This document shows positions 35,692-47,500 of a stretch of DNA of 64,000 bases, in pieces. Below the pieces are notes generated by a model that was not told the origin of the DNA, ran no database searches, and was given only the letters and a program-made list of their open reading frames with translations. Numbering within the stretch: the stretch's first letter is position 1; each line of letters opens with the position of its first letter. Origin of the DNA: Raillietiella orientalis (Eukaryota); NCBI GenBank assembly GCA_036172245.1, contig JAYWIR010000030.1, positions 806,001 through 870,000 on the forward strand, in the 5' to 3' direction. The position numbers and the translations under genes are program-made.

Positions 35692-38600
35692 TCACACGTG
35701 GATTGTACTGGGTGGATCTCTCAGACGGATAGTCCCCGTGCGTTCACTGGCAAAGGGTAGTGATTCAACAGAGTCCCAGTCACTGTGGAAGGACTGCCTC
35801 CGAGAAATGTGGGGTACACTGCTTGAGAAAGAACTTTGTAACTGGTTCGTTTTGCTTATGGGGTGCTGGAATGTCTGCAACTCATTAACTGAAATTCTGT
35901 AAGGTTTGTGCACTTGTAAGACCAGATTGGTAGGGCTGGGGGATGCTGAGATCTTTGCTGTTGGATAAAACTTTTGTCCATTAAGTAGTGAACGGATGCG
36001 CTTCCCAGCTAACATCAGCCTTTTTTGATGACCAAGAATCTGCACTCCCATCTCCTCGAGATCTTCCCAAGCCAGCTGCGCGACATCATTCACTGTACAA
36101 CATCCATGTTCTTGGAGGCTGCTGTGGTAGCCCCTTAGTCCTAGTATTTCTAGCATTTCTTGCAAGCTTTCCTGGTGGAAGCAGTTGAAAAGACAGGGGA
36201 AAAAAAAGCAGTAGATACCGGTATATGAAGAAACATTCCATCAGGAAGCTGCAGTCGACTAATCTCTGCCATTAATTTTTTCCTGTGGACAGGATCGGAA
36301 ATACCAATAGCAGCCAGATCTTGTGGGGTCATAGCTCCCACTAGCAGCATATCGTAGCCAGCATTAAGAAAGTGGCCCTCGTACTGAGAGAAGCCTACAT
36401 CCATTAACCACATTGCCAGCACTTCGCTTGTCTACAAGTGCCATGAGACACGAACGTGGCGGCTACCTCTGCTTACCGGCATGCCACGTGCCAACAGCTC
36501 CACAATGGACACTTGACTAATGCATCCAGGAGCCGTCACACACGAGTCAGCACTGAATTCCGAAAGTACTGACATCCTGCATTGCCACTGTTAATTGAGT
36601 AGGAGCTAACCCTCTCACCTTTTACATAGTGGATCTGATAACGAGCAGGATGCTCTTCCACTGTCCATACTTCCTGTACTGATATTGGATGCAGTATCTT
36701 CACTGTAAGATTTCTGCTAGCAGTGAGCCTAAAGTTTGCATGCTTGGAAGCCTACCTGACTGGGACATTTCAACTCATTTCTCAGGGGTGAAAGTTTCAG
36801 CGAGGCAACAGATGGCGCAGTCTGCCATTCCAGATCAGATAAAGATGCAGCCAACTTTAGTTTGTTTCTCCCCTGGCCTTCCAAACAGGAATGCTGCCTT
36901 TTATTTATGTCCCTGAAGCATCCAAGAGTTTTTGTGCCATCAAAGTGGTGAGGCACTCTCGGGGGCGGTATGTTCTTGGATTGTGAGACATCTTTTGAGG
37001 GAAAATTGCAAGGAAAGCCACACAGTTACAGCTTACCCTCACGGTTATCACATGTGATTGTATCGGTAGCAAACACAAGTGATCCCGGAAAACGGCCGCT
37101 TCGGAATGCATTTCCCATTCCAGGAATAACTCCACTCCAGATGTCATCTGAGCCCTTTTCTAATACCTGGTAAAGAAATATGCCCCCCTCTCTCTCTCTT
37201 CCGAGCTTTGCTGAGTCCTTTTAATCACCCAAATGGTTTCTCCTTTTGCAAACAGCAAGGCCTCGGGATCTTCGGTATTGAAGTGATTTTGAATGGCAAC
37301 AGCCCTGGTGGTGGATATTGCCTCTGGAATCAGACCATGTAAGCAACAACGGTTTTCCCTGACATTTCCATCCTACGTGAACGCGCATCCACTCTGAAAC
37401 TCCCATGCTCGGATGGGAAAGCAAAAAAGTGCACGCGTCTTCGCCCACAGATGTGCAGGGTGATGGCGCGGAAACCGAGCCGTTCCTGACCGCAGTCAGC
37501 AGCAGCAGCAGTCCTAAGGGGGTTCACGAGCTGTGTGTTCTCCCATTTTTCATTTTTTTTTCTGTCTTCAAAGGAAAACAGGAAGAAGAAGAATAAGAAA
37601 GAAATCGTTGAGAAGCTTTTCGAAAGGTTTCGGACTCTGAGAGAGAGAGCTTTGTTGGGCTTGGTTCTTCCAAGGCAGCAGTCACATTGCTTTTGGGATG
37701 CCCCTCCCGCCTCCATTTGTGATTGGGGGTCTGCGGTTCTTCTTCTTCTTCTTCTTCTCTGCCGCCCTTTCCAGCCGTTTTTTTTTTGTTGTTGTTGTTT
37801 TTTTGTTGTTGTTTTTTTCGTTTTCTTGAACCCACTTCCGAGTACTCCCATCGGAAAAAACGCGAATCGTTGGGACACTTTGCGATGCCCCATGCCGTTT
37901 TGCAGTGCGAAGCTTTGCTTGTCATCGTGCACTCCTGAGAAAGCGTGGAACCCGAAATTGGATGCGTGATCCCGAGTTGAGCACGCAGGAAGTGCGACGG
38001 GCGGGCTCCCGGTCGTTCCCCATCTGGTCGGCCATGGGGCGTTCGCTCCTTTTGGAAAATGTTCCTGCAGATCTTCGACCTGTGAAACACTGGGTCAACG
38101 GTTCTTCTTCAAGCATGCTTCGGATTCCCTGCTCTCTTTCCTCTCTCTCTCTCTCTCTCTCTCTCCCCCCCCGCCTGCATGCCCGGCGCGTAGGATGCTC
38201 TGAAGGTACGATGGGGCACCGGATTGGCGTGTCGAGCGACTTGTGGGGGACGACGGGAACCGTTCCCGTGCCGCGGGCAGAAGCGCTCCTGAATCAGATC
38301 GCGACCCTCTTGTGCCGGATGCGAATCTGTGCGGCGTCCGAATCTGGAAGGACGGCTCCATGGCAGCAGGATGACCAGAAGGCGCACGGACCGCGCTTCC
38401 TGCATCCGGACGCGCGCCGTGCGGATGCAGGAAACGCAGGAGAGAGAATCCCTGGGATGGCGAAAGTCACCAGATGAAAACGTTCGGTTCGCTCACGCTT
38501 CCTCGCGGAAGTACGAATGCGAAGTCTCGCATTTTGTAGCGTTTTCCCACTACCCCGCGTGCGCCATAGAGAAGCCGGAAAATCGCAGACGCCTCCTCCT

Positions 38601-40917
38601 CTTCTTGAAGCGAGAAACCTTGAGACTTGAGGAAGACCAGAAGTGCCACTCGCCCATGCGCTCAAACGGTGGTGGTGGTGGTGGTGGTGCGAGACCTCCG
38701 CTTCGTCTGCAGGTGGCTCGCTTTGCCGTTCTGATTGCGGGATCCTCTTCGACAGATGAGAACTTGAGTTGACGGGAATTACTGAGATCACAGGAGGGAA
38801 GTCGCCAGCAGAGGCGACAGGCAGCAAACCCGAAAAAATATATCCGCGTCGCGCCCTCTTTCCTCGTCCTTTTGCACTCCGAATTCGAAGATACGAAGAC
38901 TCGTGCGGTGCTCGGAGCTTCGATTCAATGCAGCCAACAGACACGTCTCCCTTATGCCCAAGCCGGGATGGTCGATCCTGGCTCGGGAAGCTCGGGAAAC
39001 CCATCACGCAGAGGAATGGGAAAGGAATGGCGGGATTGCAAAAATAACGTTGAAAAACAACAACACATACCGAAGCCTTCCAAAGACGCATTGGGATTCT
39101 CAGAACAGAATATTATTATCATTTATTTATTGGAAATCCTTCCAAACAGCTATCAGTCATCCGATGAGAATTAGTAAATAAAACCGACAAGTTGGCGGCT
39201 GCACAGATTTTTTTCCTTCAGATGCGAGGGAATGTGCAAAAAACATTCATATGGAGATGATCTTCCAAAACCAACCGACGCCCCCCCTCTCCTCCCCCTT
39301 TTGTTTTTGTTTTTTTTGGCAGGGAATGACACGGAGTTCATTTAGGCGCTTCGTTGAACAAATTTATCCTATGGGGGGGGGGGGGGAGGGTAAAGAAGAA
39401 GGAAAAAAAAAAAAAAACGCATTCTTCTGTTTGGATCCTCCCGATCTCGTTGTATGAAACAAACGCAGACGCGTTCAGTTCGTTTCTCTTGGAAAGGTAA
39501 TTTCCAACGCCGAACGTCACAGGCAAAGAAGCTGTTCCCTTCCCCCCCCCCCCCGTTCCCCCGCTCAGCAAGTGCCCACTCCCAGCGGCTACGGATCCAA
39601 ATGCCCACAGGGGATGCCGCTCCTCGTGCGGTTGGTTCCCCAGAGGGACGTACGCATTCGTCGGCCTATCTTGCCGACACGCACGAAAGCTCCCCCGGAC
39701 GGGGAGGGGCCGGGACGAGCGGGAAAAGCTCGGCACGCGGACAGATTCCGTTACTCATCCGGCGTCACAGGGAGCATCCCTGCCGGCCGACCGCGCCGCG
39801 GGTCTTCGGCTGCTTCGCGTTGGCAGCGGAACACCCCGGCGGCAGCTGCGCGAACGTCTTCCTCTTTGGCGAACGGTCCGGCCACTCCCACTCCAGTGCC
39901 AGCGGCGCCTTCCTCCGAGTCTGACAAAGTCGGCAGATAGCTGCCATGCTCTGTACGGTACCAACCATCCACCAAGAACTTTTCGAGGTTGTTTGCTGAG
40001 GTTTTATCGCAGCGCAAATCAGACGCGTTATTTCGTTTCTTTCTGTTTCCTATGCAAAACGCTTATCAGGCGAGATCACGCCCATCTCATGAGAACATTT
40101 ATTTTGCGGTTGATTAAGCAATGCAAAGCTGGCTATTCAAGTCAAGTCATGCAAAAAAAGAAAAAGGCCGAAATTCCTTCATTCCGTGTAACACCATGCA
40201 ATTTGTACATCCCATGTAGACAAAGAAAAGAGAGAGAGAGAGAGAGGGGGGGGGGAACCCTATGTTGTTGAAGTCTCGCAAACAAAGATGAGAGAAGTAC
40301 CGAAAACAGCTGGTAACACTGACAGTGGGCATTAGAAGGTAAATGAAATCGATCTTCAAAAACAATAAATTAAGTATGGAAGAGAAGCCATTTCCGATGG
40401 CAGGCACGCTGCCGATGTAATGGAATTAATGAAGGACCCCGTGGAACACATGTGCGCCTCCACGCCATCGACGTCTGAACGCGAATTACTTACGACGACG
40501 AGATGAAACGCGCAGGGAACTTTGCTGCAAGAACGACAGAAAAGCTACGGAACAGCAGCACTCTTCGCAGAAACGAAGACTGAATCAAAATGAGGTCCCT
40601 TCGAGAATCTTTTTGCTCCCGCCGATTCCGGGCGGGGGAGGGGGGCACGACAACCCCCTCGCATGCTGCTGCACGGAACACGAAATGATGCGGGGAAGGT
40701 GGAGATGGATAAGTACGTCCGACTGATTGACCCGGGCGACGAGGGGAGAGGAAATGAAATGGTGGTGGTGGTGGTGGTGGTGGAAATTCTCCGTGAGCCC
40801 CCACTGCGATAGATCGCTCATCGCGAACGACGACGACGACGACGGCGGCGGCGGCAGCGGCAGCAGCAGCAGCAGCAGCGGGCAAGAGCAACGCAAGAAA
40901 CTTTCTTCCTTTCCTGC

Positions 40918-40963
<46 letters not shown>

Positions 40964-41158
40964 CCCATTAAAGGGGTGGCTCGGGAATTATTCGAACTCC
41001 TCGCCGCCGGCGGCGCGCTTTACGTGGCCCCTGTGCACGGAACAAAGAAATGAGCCTTCTTTTCCCCCTTTACCTTTCATGATGTGTTTGATTCCCATGG
41101 AGACCTTGTACGAACTGGTGTCGCCGTAGTCATCCGGCTTGTGAACGTCGAAGATGCT
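35692..41158 (-). CDS. ckn: Caskin-family adaptor, paralogue B (ankyrin-end exon, SH3, tandem SAM); 5' end not found
   Basis: Frame-consistent exons 41158-41074, 37323-37229, 37166-37037, 36991-36756, 36713-36619, 36576-36477, 36431-36219, 36171-35692. SH3: RAVAIQNHFNTEDPEALLFAKGETIW|VLEKGSDDIWSG...RSGRFPGSLV; SMDSGRAS; SAM1 AGYDMLLVGAMTPQDLAAIGI; SAM2 WEDLEEMGVQILGHQKRL; SVESLPFASERTGTI. Linking the 41 kb exon is an inference. Confidence 0.8.
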
Positions 41159-44100
41159 CTAAGGATGACAGCATTCAAAAAGCACGTGCAGCGGCGGCAC
41201 AAGCGCGTGGGAGGTGGTGAATGTCAGTCAGGCAGCAGCCATTTACTCTCCCGTCGAAAGCAAAGTTGAATCGCGGATGAACTTTGCTTTGGCGTGGCGT
41301 CCTCAGCAAACGCGCCCCGTCACGCCAACACATGAAGACATCACACGGCTGCGACGAAGAAAACGCGATAATCGCCTCGAATGGCCGCCGATCGCCACTC
41401 GGGGAGCTCCGGGAAATGGCGGGCGATTCATTGCCTTAAGGACACGTCACAGGTCGCAATTAGCAGACGTTGACGGACGAGTGGAAAAAGGAAAAGAAAA
41501 AAAAAAAAAAAAAGAGAGAGAGACAACACTTCTTCACTTCTCGGTTTCCCCGGGAGGAGCACCGAGCGCACGCACCGACTCAACACCGGTGGCTGTGCGG
41601 TTCATCTCCGGGCGGACATCGCGGCATGGGGTCGGTCACATGGCAAGGAGAGCGTGGCTCGCGTGGACGGACTGCCGTGAAATTTCGAGCACGCGGGCTG
41701 GAGGAGCTCCCTATTTTCGAATGGGAATGCGTCTTCCGGGAACAACGCAGGGGAGCCCGTTCGGATGCGGGGGAGCGCGCCGTGGCGAGTCCGAGAGTCT
41801 CCTCCGTCTCTGAAGAAATGCAAAACACGACAGGTGCTCGAGGCGGATAAATATGCGGATAAAGGATGCTGTTTGCCGCAAGCTGTTAGCATCCGTCAGA
41901 GGTAATAAGGGAAGCAAAACATCGCTGCTGCCACAAAACAGCGTTTGTGTTCAAAGACATCCCCCCCGGGCCGACCGTAAACACGCGACCCTGACACGAA
42001 CAATGCACGAAAATCCAAAATGGACATCCGAATTGCGGATGCAGCACTTCGACTTGGCTTCTTCGGAGGAGCAAACCTTCTTCTCGGCGTAACCCAGGGA
42101 GCGGCGTCCACTCTCCTCCCGGCGAGCTGCTCGTCGCCTCGGTGAGCTCACCTCACCGTAGGTGTTGGAATCGCCTGCACGGACTGCCTCCTGGAGACCA
42201 CCGAGAGTCTGTCCACCTACGCACGCACGCTCGGGGGGTGCACTTGGGGTGCACTCGTGGCGCTCATAATGATACACCACGTGAAACGGAAAACCGGGCC
42301 GAAGGTACGGAGAAGCACGCGAGGGGACAACGGGGAAACCGCGGCGATGGAGACGAAAAGGAGAGGACGGATGATTAGGAGCGGGCTGATGACGCACCTT
42401 CCCAGGAAACGCGGAAGTTCACCGTGGGGACGGAAACCACGGCTACGCTCGAAGGCGCCGCCGTCCACGGATGGGCTTGGGATGAGCTCGGAAGAGAGCA
42501 AAGACGAGCGAAGTGCCCGTTGGCCAAATTAAAACGTCGTCGTCGTCGGCAGCCGCCCGCTTGCCAAACACGATCGGCCTCCTCGCTAAATAGTACCGTG
42601 GTCACGCCCCTCCGGGCTACTCACACACTCCACTCGGACACGTTTTCGCGACGCGGATCAAGCGCCAGCACGTCACAACACGTCGGGATTCCGTTTCCAA
42701 GTAATTACACATCATCGGATCATAACGAAAGTGATGCTGCCATGCATCATCACCGCACGCAACGTCAAATCGAACGCGATCGCCCATCCCACCGTCAGAT
42801 CCTTGCGGCGACGGTCTCCCTGGAGAAATCAGATAAGGACTCTCCCCCCTTCTCTGGTTTCAGAAAATGCGTGGCGAGGAAGCACGCGTCCGTTTGGGGC
42901 GGCCACTTTATTCGTGTGCCGGAGGAGGAGGAAGGGGGGGGGGGGGGAAGAAAGAAGAGAGAAGCTCGAAACGAACCGTCGGTCATCTGCATGCCGAACG
43001 TACGCCACACACGCGGGGGAGGAAGAGGGGGACCTGACCTCTGGATTCCGGCGGCCGGTCGGAAGAGAACCCGCGCGCGCGCGCTTGCCACGGCTTGGGA
43101 GACGGGGAAAGCCTCTGCACAGCAGGGTGATCTGGGAAAGGAGGGGGAGGGGGGGACCGGGGATTAAAATTCAGGCGGTTTGGGGGGGGGGGAGGAGGCG
43201 GGGGGGACACGCGTGGGTTCTGGGTGCAAGCCGAGGTTAGGCAGAGACTTCCTCGACAGCGAGAAAGGAGCCGTCGGAAGATACGCGGGCTCGAGAGAGA
43301 CGGAGAGAGGAGGAGGAGAGGGGGAAATGCGTGACACACCTCGTGATCCGACTGATTGGAATAATAAAACGCTGCACAGCTGAACGGTGACTGACAATCG
43401 CCGTGGTGGAGCTTTAAAAAGGCCGAGAGTGGAGACGGCTCTGGATACAGAAAAGTGGCCTCAGAGCCAGAAATTGGCCGTGAACGGAAACGGAAACCAT
43501 GCATTCAGGGAGAGAAACCACTTGATATGCCCGTAAAGCGGAGCTCAGGAAGGGGGGAGGAAGTTTTGTGTTGTCGAATTACGTGCGCTAATTTCAGTTT
43601 GCGTTTCCTCCTCCCTCCCCCCCCCCCCCACCTCCTTCTTCCCTGCTGCCACGTTTTTCCACACCACCGCTGCCGCTGCCGCAGCAGCATCCCTGATCCG
43701 AAATTGTGTGCGGGAAATCCTCACCCCGCAACGGAACACAAGAACCGTTCGTTCTCACGGGAAAGAAGGCGGGCCTCCCCGTTTCGGGACTCCCTCGCCG
43801 TGTTGCCACTGCCTCCCCCCCCCCCCCCCCCCCAAGCCAGTGGTTTCGGTTCCAAACGCGCTGACGACGGCGAGATTCGGATTCTGCCACATCGCATTCG
43901 ACCGAGAGCCTGGCGATTCGTCGTGGATTCGATCCGACACGACGACATGCCGGATTTCACGCAACAGCTGGCATCTCCGAAACAGGGATACCTGCAAGAG
44001 ATGAGCGGACCGTCACGAAGCAGGGTGGCCACAACACTTATCGATAAGCAGACTCCACCTCGCGCTGCAGTTGCACTTTGAGTTTCGCAACTCTGCGTAG

Positions 44101-45716
44101 GGATTCGCTTCGGATGAAACCGAGCACAAAATTGATAATGAGCAAGCTCGACAAGCACTTCTTTTTTTTTTTTTTTTTTTCTTCCATTATTATTATCATT
44201 TTCACCGCACACACTCACACTCAAGGAAATTCACATTCACAGGTAAAAAATTAATATTTGTGCAGTCACATTACCAAGGATCGCTCAAGCTTTCGTTTCT
44301 GTCCTTTCCACCAGTTCGTCAGCTTTTTGGACATTCTCGTGATACACGGTTTTCTATGAACACCTTTTGGAAGTACATTTCATGGAACATGATCGTGGCC
44401 ACATCACTGGCACAATCCATCATAACACAGCATGATTGATTTCACTAATGCTGGGTCGGCTGATTCAGACATGCATAAAGCGCACACATTATTCCTGTTT
44501 CTTTTTTTTTTTGTTTTTTTTTCCTTTTCTCCTCTTTTTTTTTTTTCCTCCTATACCTGAACAGACGCAACATACCAGTGGAAGAGACTGGGAGTATGAC
44601 GAAGGGTCGCACACACGATCAAAACAAAAGCCAGTCCACAATGGGGGTCGGCCGCGCCGCTCGCCATTCACGGAGCCGCCGAAACGCGCCGCCTCGATTG
44701 TTGCCGGCAGCACGCATCTATCATGGCTACCACGTGCCACCGCGTGCGTGCTTATTTATTATTATTTTCCCCTTCATTTAGTTGCCAAGTTTGCTGGTTT
44801 AACGGTGCGTGAACTTCCATCGTAGTGCATTTTCGTTTTTTTTTTTTTTTTTTTTTTCTATCTCTCCCGTTTTTGGTACAACAAATAACATTCAGTCGAA
44901 CCAGGCCGAAAACAACACAAAACCGTGTTCGTGAAAGTGGTCGCATTCACTTCCGAAACAAAGATGCATACGGATTTTGTGTAACGCATCCCACACTATT
45001 TATTTGATTTCAAGCGGATTACGACACTCACGCAAAAGCGAAAAAAAGAAGCTCTTTTTCATTCATCCAACCGTCGAGCCGCTCAAGATTTTCAAAGTCA
45101 AAATCTCTTCCCGGGAGAGCTTCGAAATGCATCCGGATTTTCCATTTTATTTAAAAGGAAAAAAAAAAAAAAACCCGCGCCAGCAGTCGGCAGCAGAGAT
45201 CCGAGTAACAGTCACGATCTCTCATCAGCAACAAACGCGAAATTTTTCGACTTGCTGAATACGTTTTCCTTTTTTACTCTATCTTATTTTATTTTACTTT
45301 TTTTACCTGCGTGCAAAATTTTCGAAAAAGTCTTTCAGCTTTGTGCTGATGGGTTCGCGTGAGGCGGATTCATTCATAGGCAGCAGCATTCTCAACAAAG
45401 AAGGAAAGACGCCACCACTCGGGACGACACCGAAGAGCAACCGATCATTGCGACCTGCGGCGCATCGGAGACTGAAGATACCTCGCCTCTTATCAGGTGT
45501 TTCCTATCTGCCACGCAACTTAATACATCCTGTGAGATGAACGTGTTCGACCTTACTGGCTGCAGCCGAGACGGCACGAGGAAGAATTCCGGAATGATGC
45601 GGAATAGGAAATTCGGCGGCATCGGATGCAGCATTCTTCGGCATTCCATGCTCGACGGATGCTGATGGGCGTTCGCGTGGGTGACTGGGGGAGGGCATCC
45701 ACTTCTTTTCTTTCCT

Positions 45717-45770
<54 letters not shown>

Positions 45771-45899
45771 GGCCTCTCTTGCGCGGCGGACGTGTCAGAA
45801 AGAGAGACTCCGTCCTTTAGCGTGTGCGGGTGTACGGGCCCACCGGTGCTGCCGCCATACAGCCGTGTTTGTGTGTGTGAGCGTGTTTTCTAATGAGGA

Positions 45900-47500
45900 T
45901 CGTGGGGAGGGAAGAGCGTGGCGTCTCCTATCCCCTGCCGTTGGCGATCGGTTGCGAGGAGCGTCTCCAGTCTGCTTATGAGTGCAGCGCGACGCGTCGG
46001 GACGGGGAACGCCCGCCCCGCTAGCGTTCGGAGGTAGCCGGGCAAAGAGAGCAAGGGCGAGGGGGTGGGTCTGCGGGGCTGCAAGGGGACGCGAGCGCGC
46101 TTTCTGTGCCCGCTCGCGAGCAGATGACTCTCCTCCGGGCTTATCCTCCGCCAAGGTCGCCTCCTTTCTTGTTTTTGCTTTTTCCCGCCCTGTGGCCTGC
46201 GGATGCCCCCGATTGTCTCCAAGAGCTTCCATCTCCTGGTGGACGGTGGAAGAGACTCCTTCCGCGTCTGCGGAGCGAGCGAGCGGAGGAGCCTCCACCC
46301 GCTCCCAGGGTCGCGCGTCTCTTTCCGGTTCTTGCGTTCGGCGGGTCCCGTCCTCGGAGACGGAGTGAGGGGGCGGGAAGGCTGGCACGCCGGCGAGAAC
46401 GACGGGTTCGGGAAGGAGCTTCGGGAGCGCAGTTTCTCTACCTCACCCCTCGACTTCCTTCCTTCCCCCTGGCGGATGCGCACACGTGAGTGCCACCTCG
46501 CGGGCCCCGCGCGCGCGCGTCAAGGAACGCTACCGGACGTGATCTTCCTGGACGCAGCCGACGACGTCAGGCAGAGGAAGAGAGGCGGAAAATGCTCCTT
46601 CTCCGGAAAGGGGAGGAGAAGAACAGGAAAAGCTCCTCCTCGGTAACCTCCCAGCACGTCCTCTTCCCGTGCGCAACGAAAAGGCGCCCTCACCTTCCTG
46701 GCGCACTTGTCCCCCCCCTTCCTCCCCCCTCCCCCAACCGCATTTGCGTCCTTCGAACACCTGGAGATTCCCTTCTCCACCCGCAGCAGGAGCGTCGATG
46801 GACGCTGGGCCATCGACGCTCCAAAAAAAGAAAGAAAAGAAAAGCGGCCGAACGCGGATGAGCGCATGCACCGTGCCCGACAGGGAGAGGGCGTATCCTG
46901 GGCCGAAAAGACCGCGCATGCGGTTTGGCAGCTGCTCCCGCATGCTGCGCTTTCTTCGCCGATCACACGCGCGTTCTCAGGCTGCCAGTGGTGCGCTTCG
47001 CAGAGGAGAGCAAGGGGGTGGTCGGTGCGAGGGGAAAGCCGGGAGCAATGACGGGATCGAGAAGCAGGGATCGAGAAGGGATTACGCCCGTCGCGTAATC
47101 CCTTCTCGATCCTTGAACGGTCGAGGTCCAGCGGAGCGAGGGGAGGACCTCCCCTCGTATCCTCTCCCGCTCCCTCCCCCTCACCAAAAAGGAAAAGCTT
47201 TTTTTTTTCTCTCTCTCTCCCCCTCTGCCTCCGGACGCGACCTTGCTCCCGCGGGACGCAAAAAGGGCGAGTTCCTGCGGGCGTCTCGGGGAAGAGCATC
47301 GAGTCTTTCTCGAATAGGCCGGATGGATTCTACTCTCCTCCCTTGCCCCCCCGTCCCCCTCCACCCTCCGCGTCACAGGTTACTGCTGCTCACTCGCGGG
47401 ATGCGAACCGGCGCCAGCGGGCCTGCTATCGCTCGGTCGGCCTTCCTCCCTCGGGGGTTGCGCGCCCGTATCCCCTTTCTTGCCAGCGTGGAATGCGCAC
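45900..47500 (-). mobile_element. Decayed LINE (endonuclease/linker remnant)
   Basis: DVLGGYRGG (GGDFN-like) and GREKAKTRKEATL (linker-like) in the expected order. Confidence 0.35.

Noticed and set aside
43340..45700. Ankyrin-like phrases (SPFSCAAFY, APLYGHIKW, GILPRAVSAAA) as upstream Caskin B exons
   Set aside because: Too weak, and no frame-consistent splice chain could be built.
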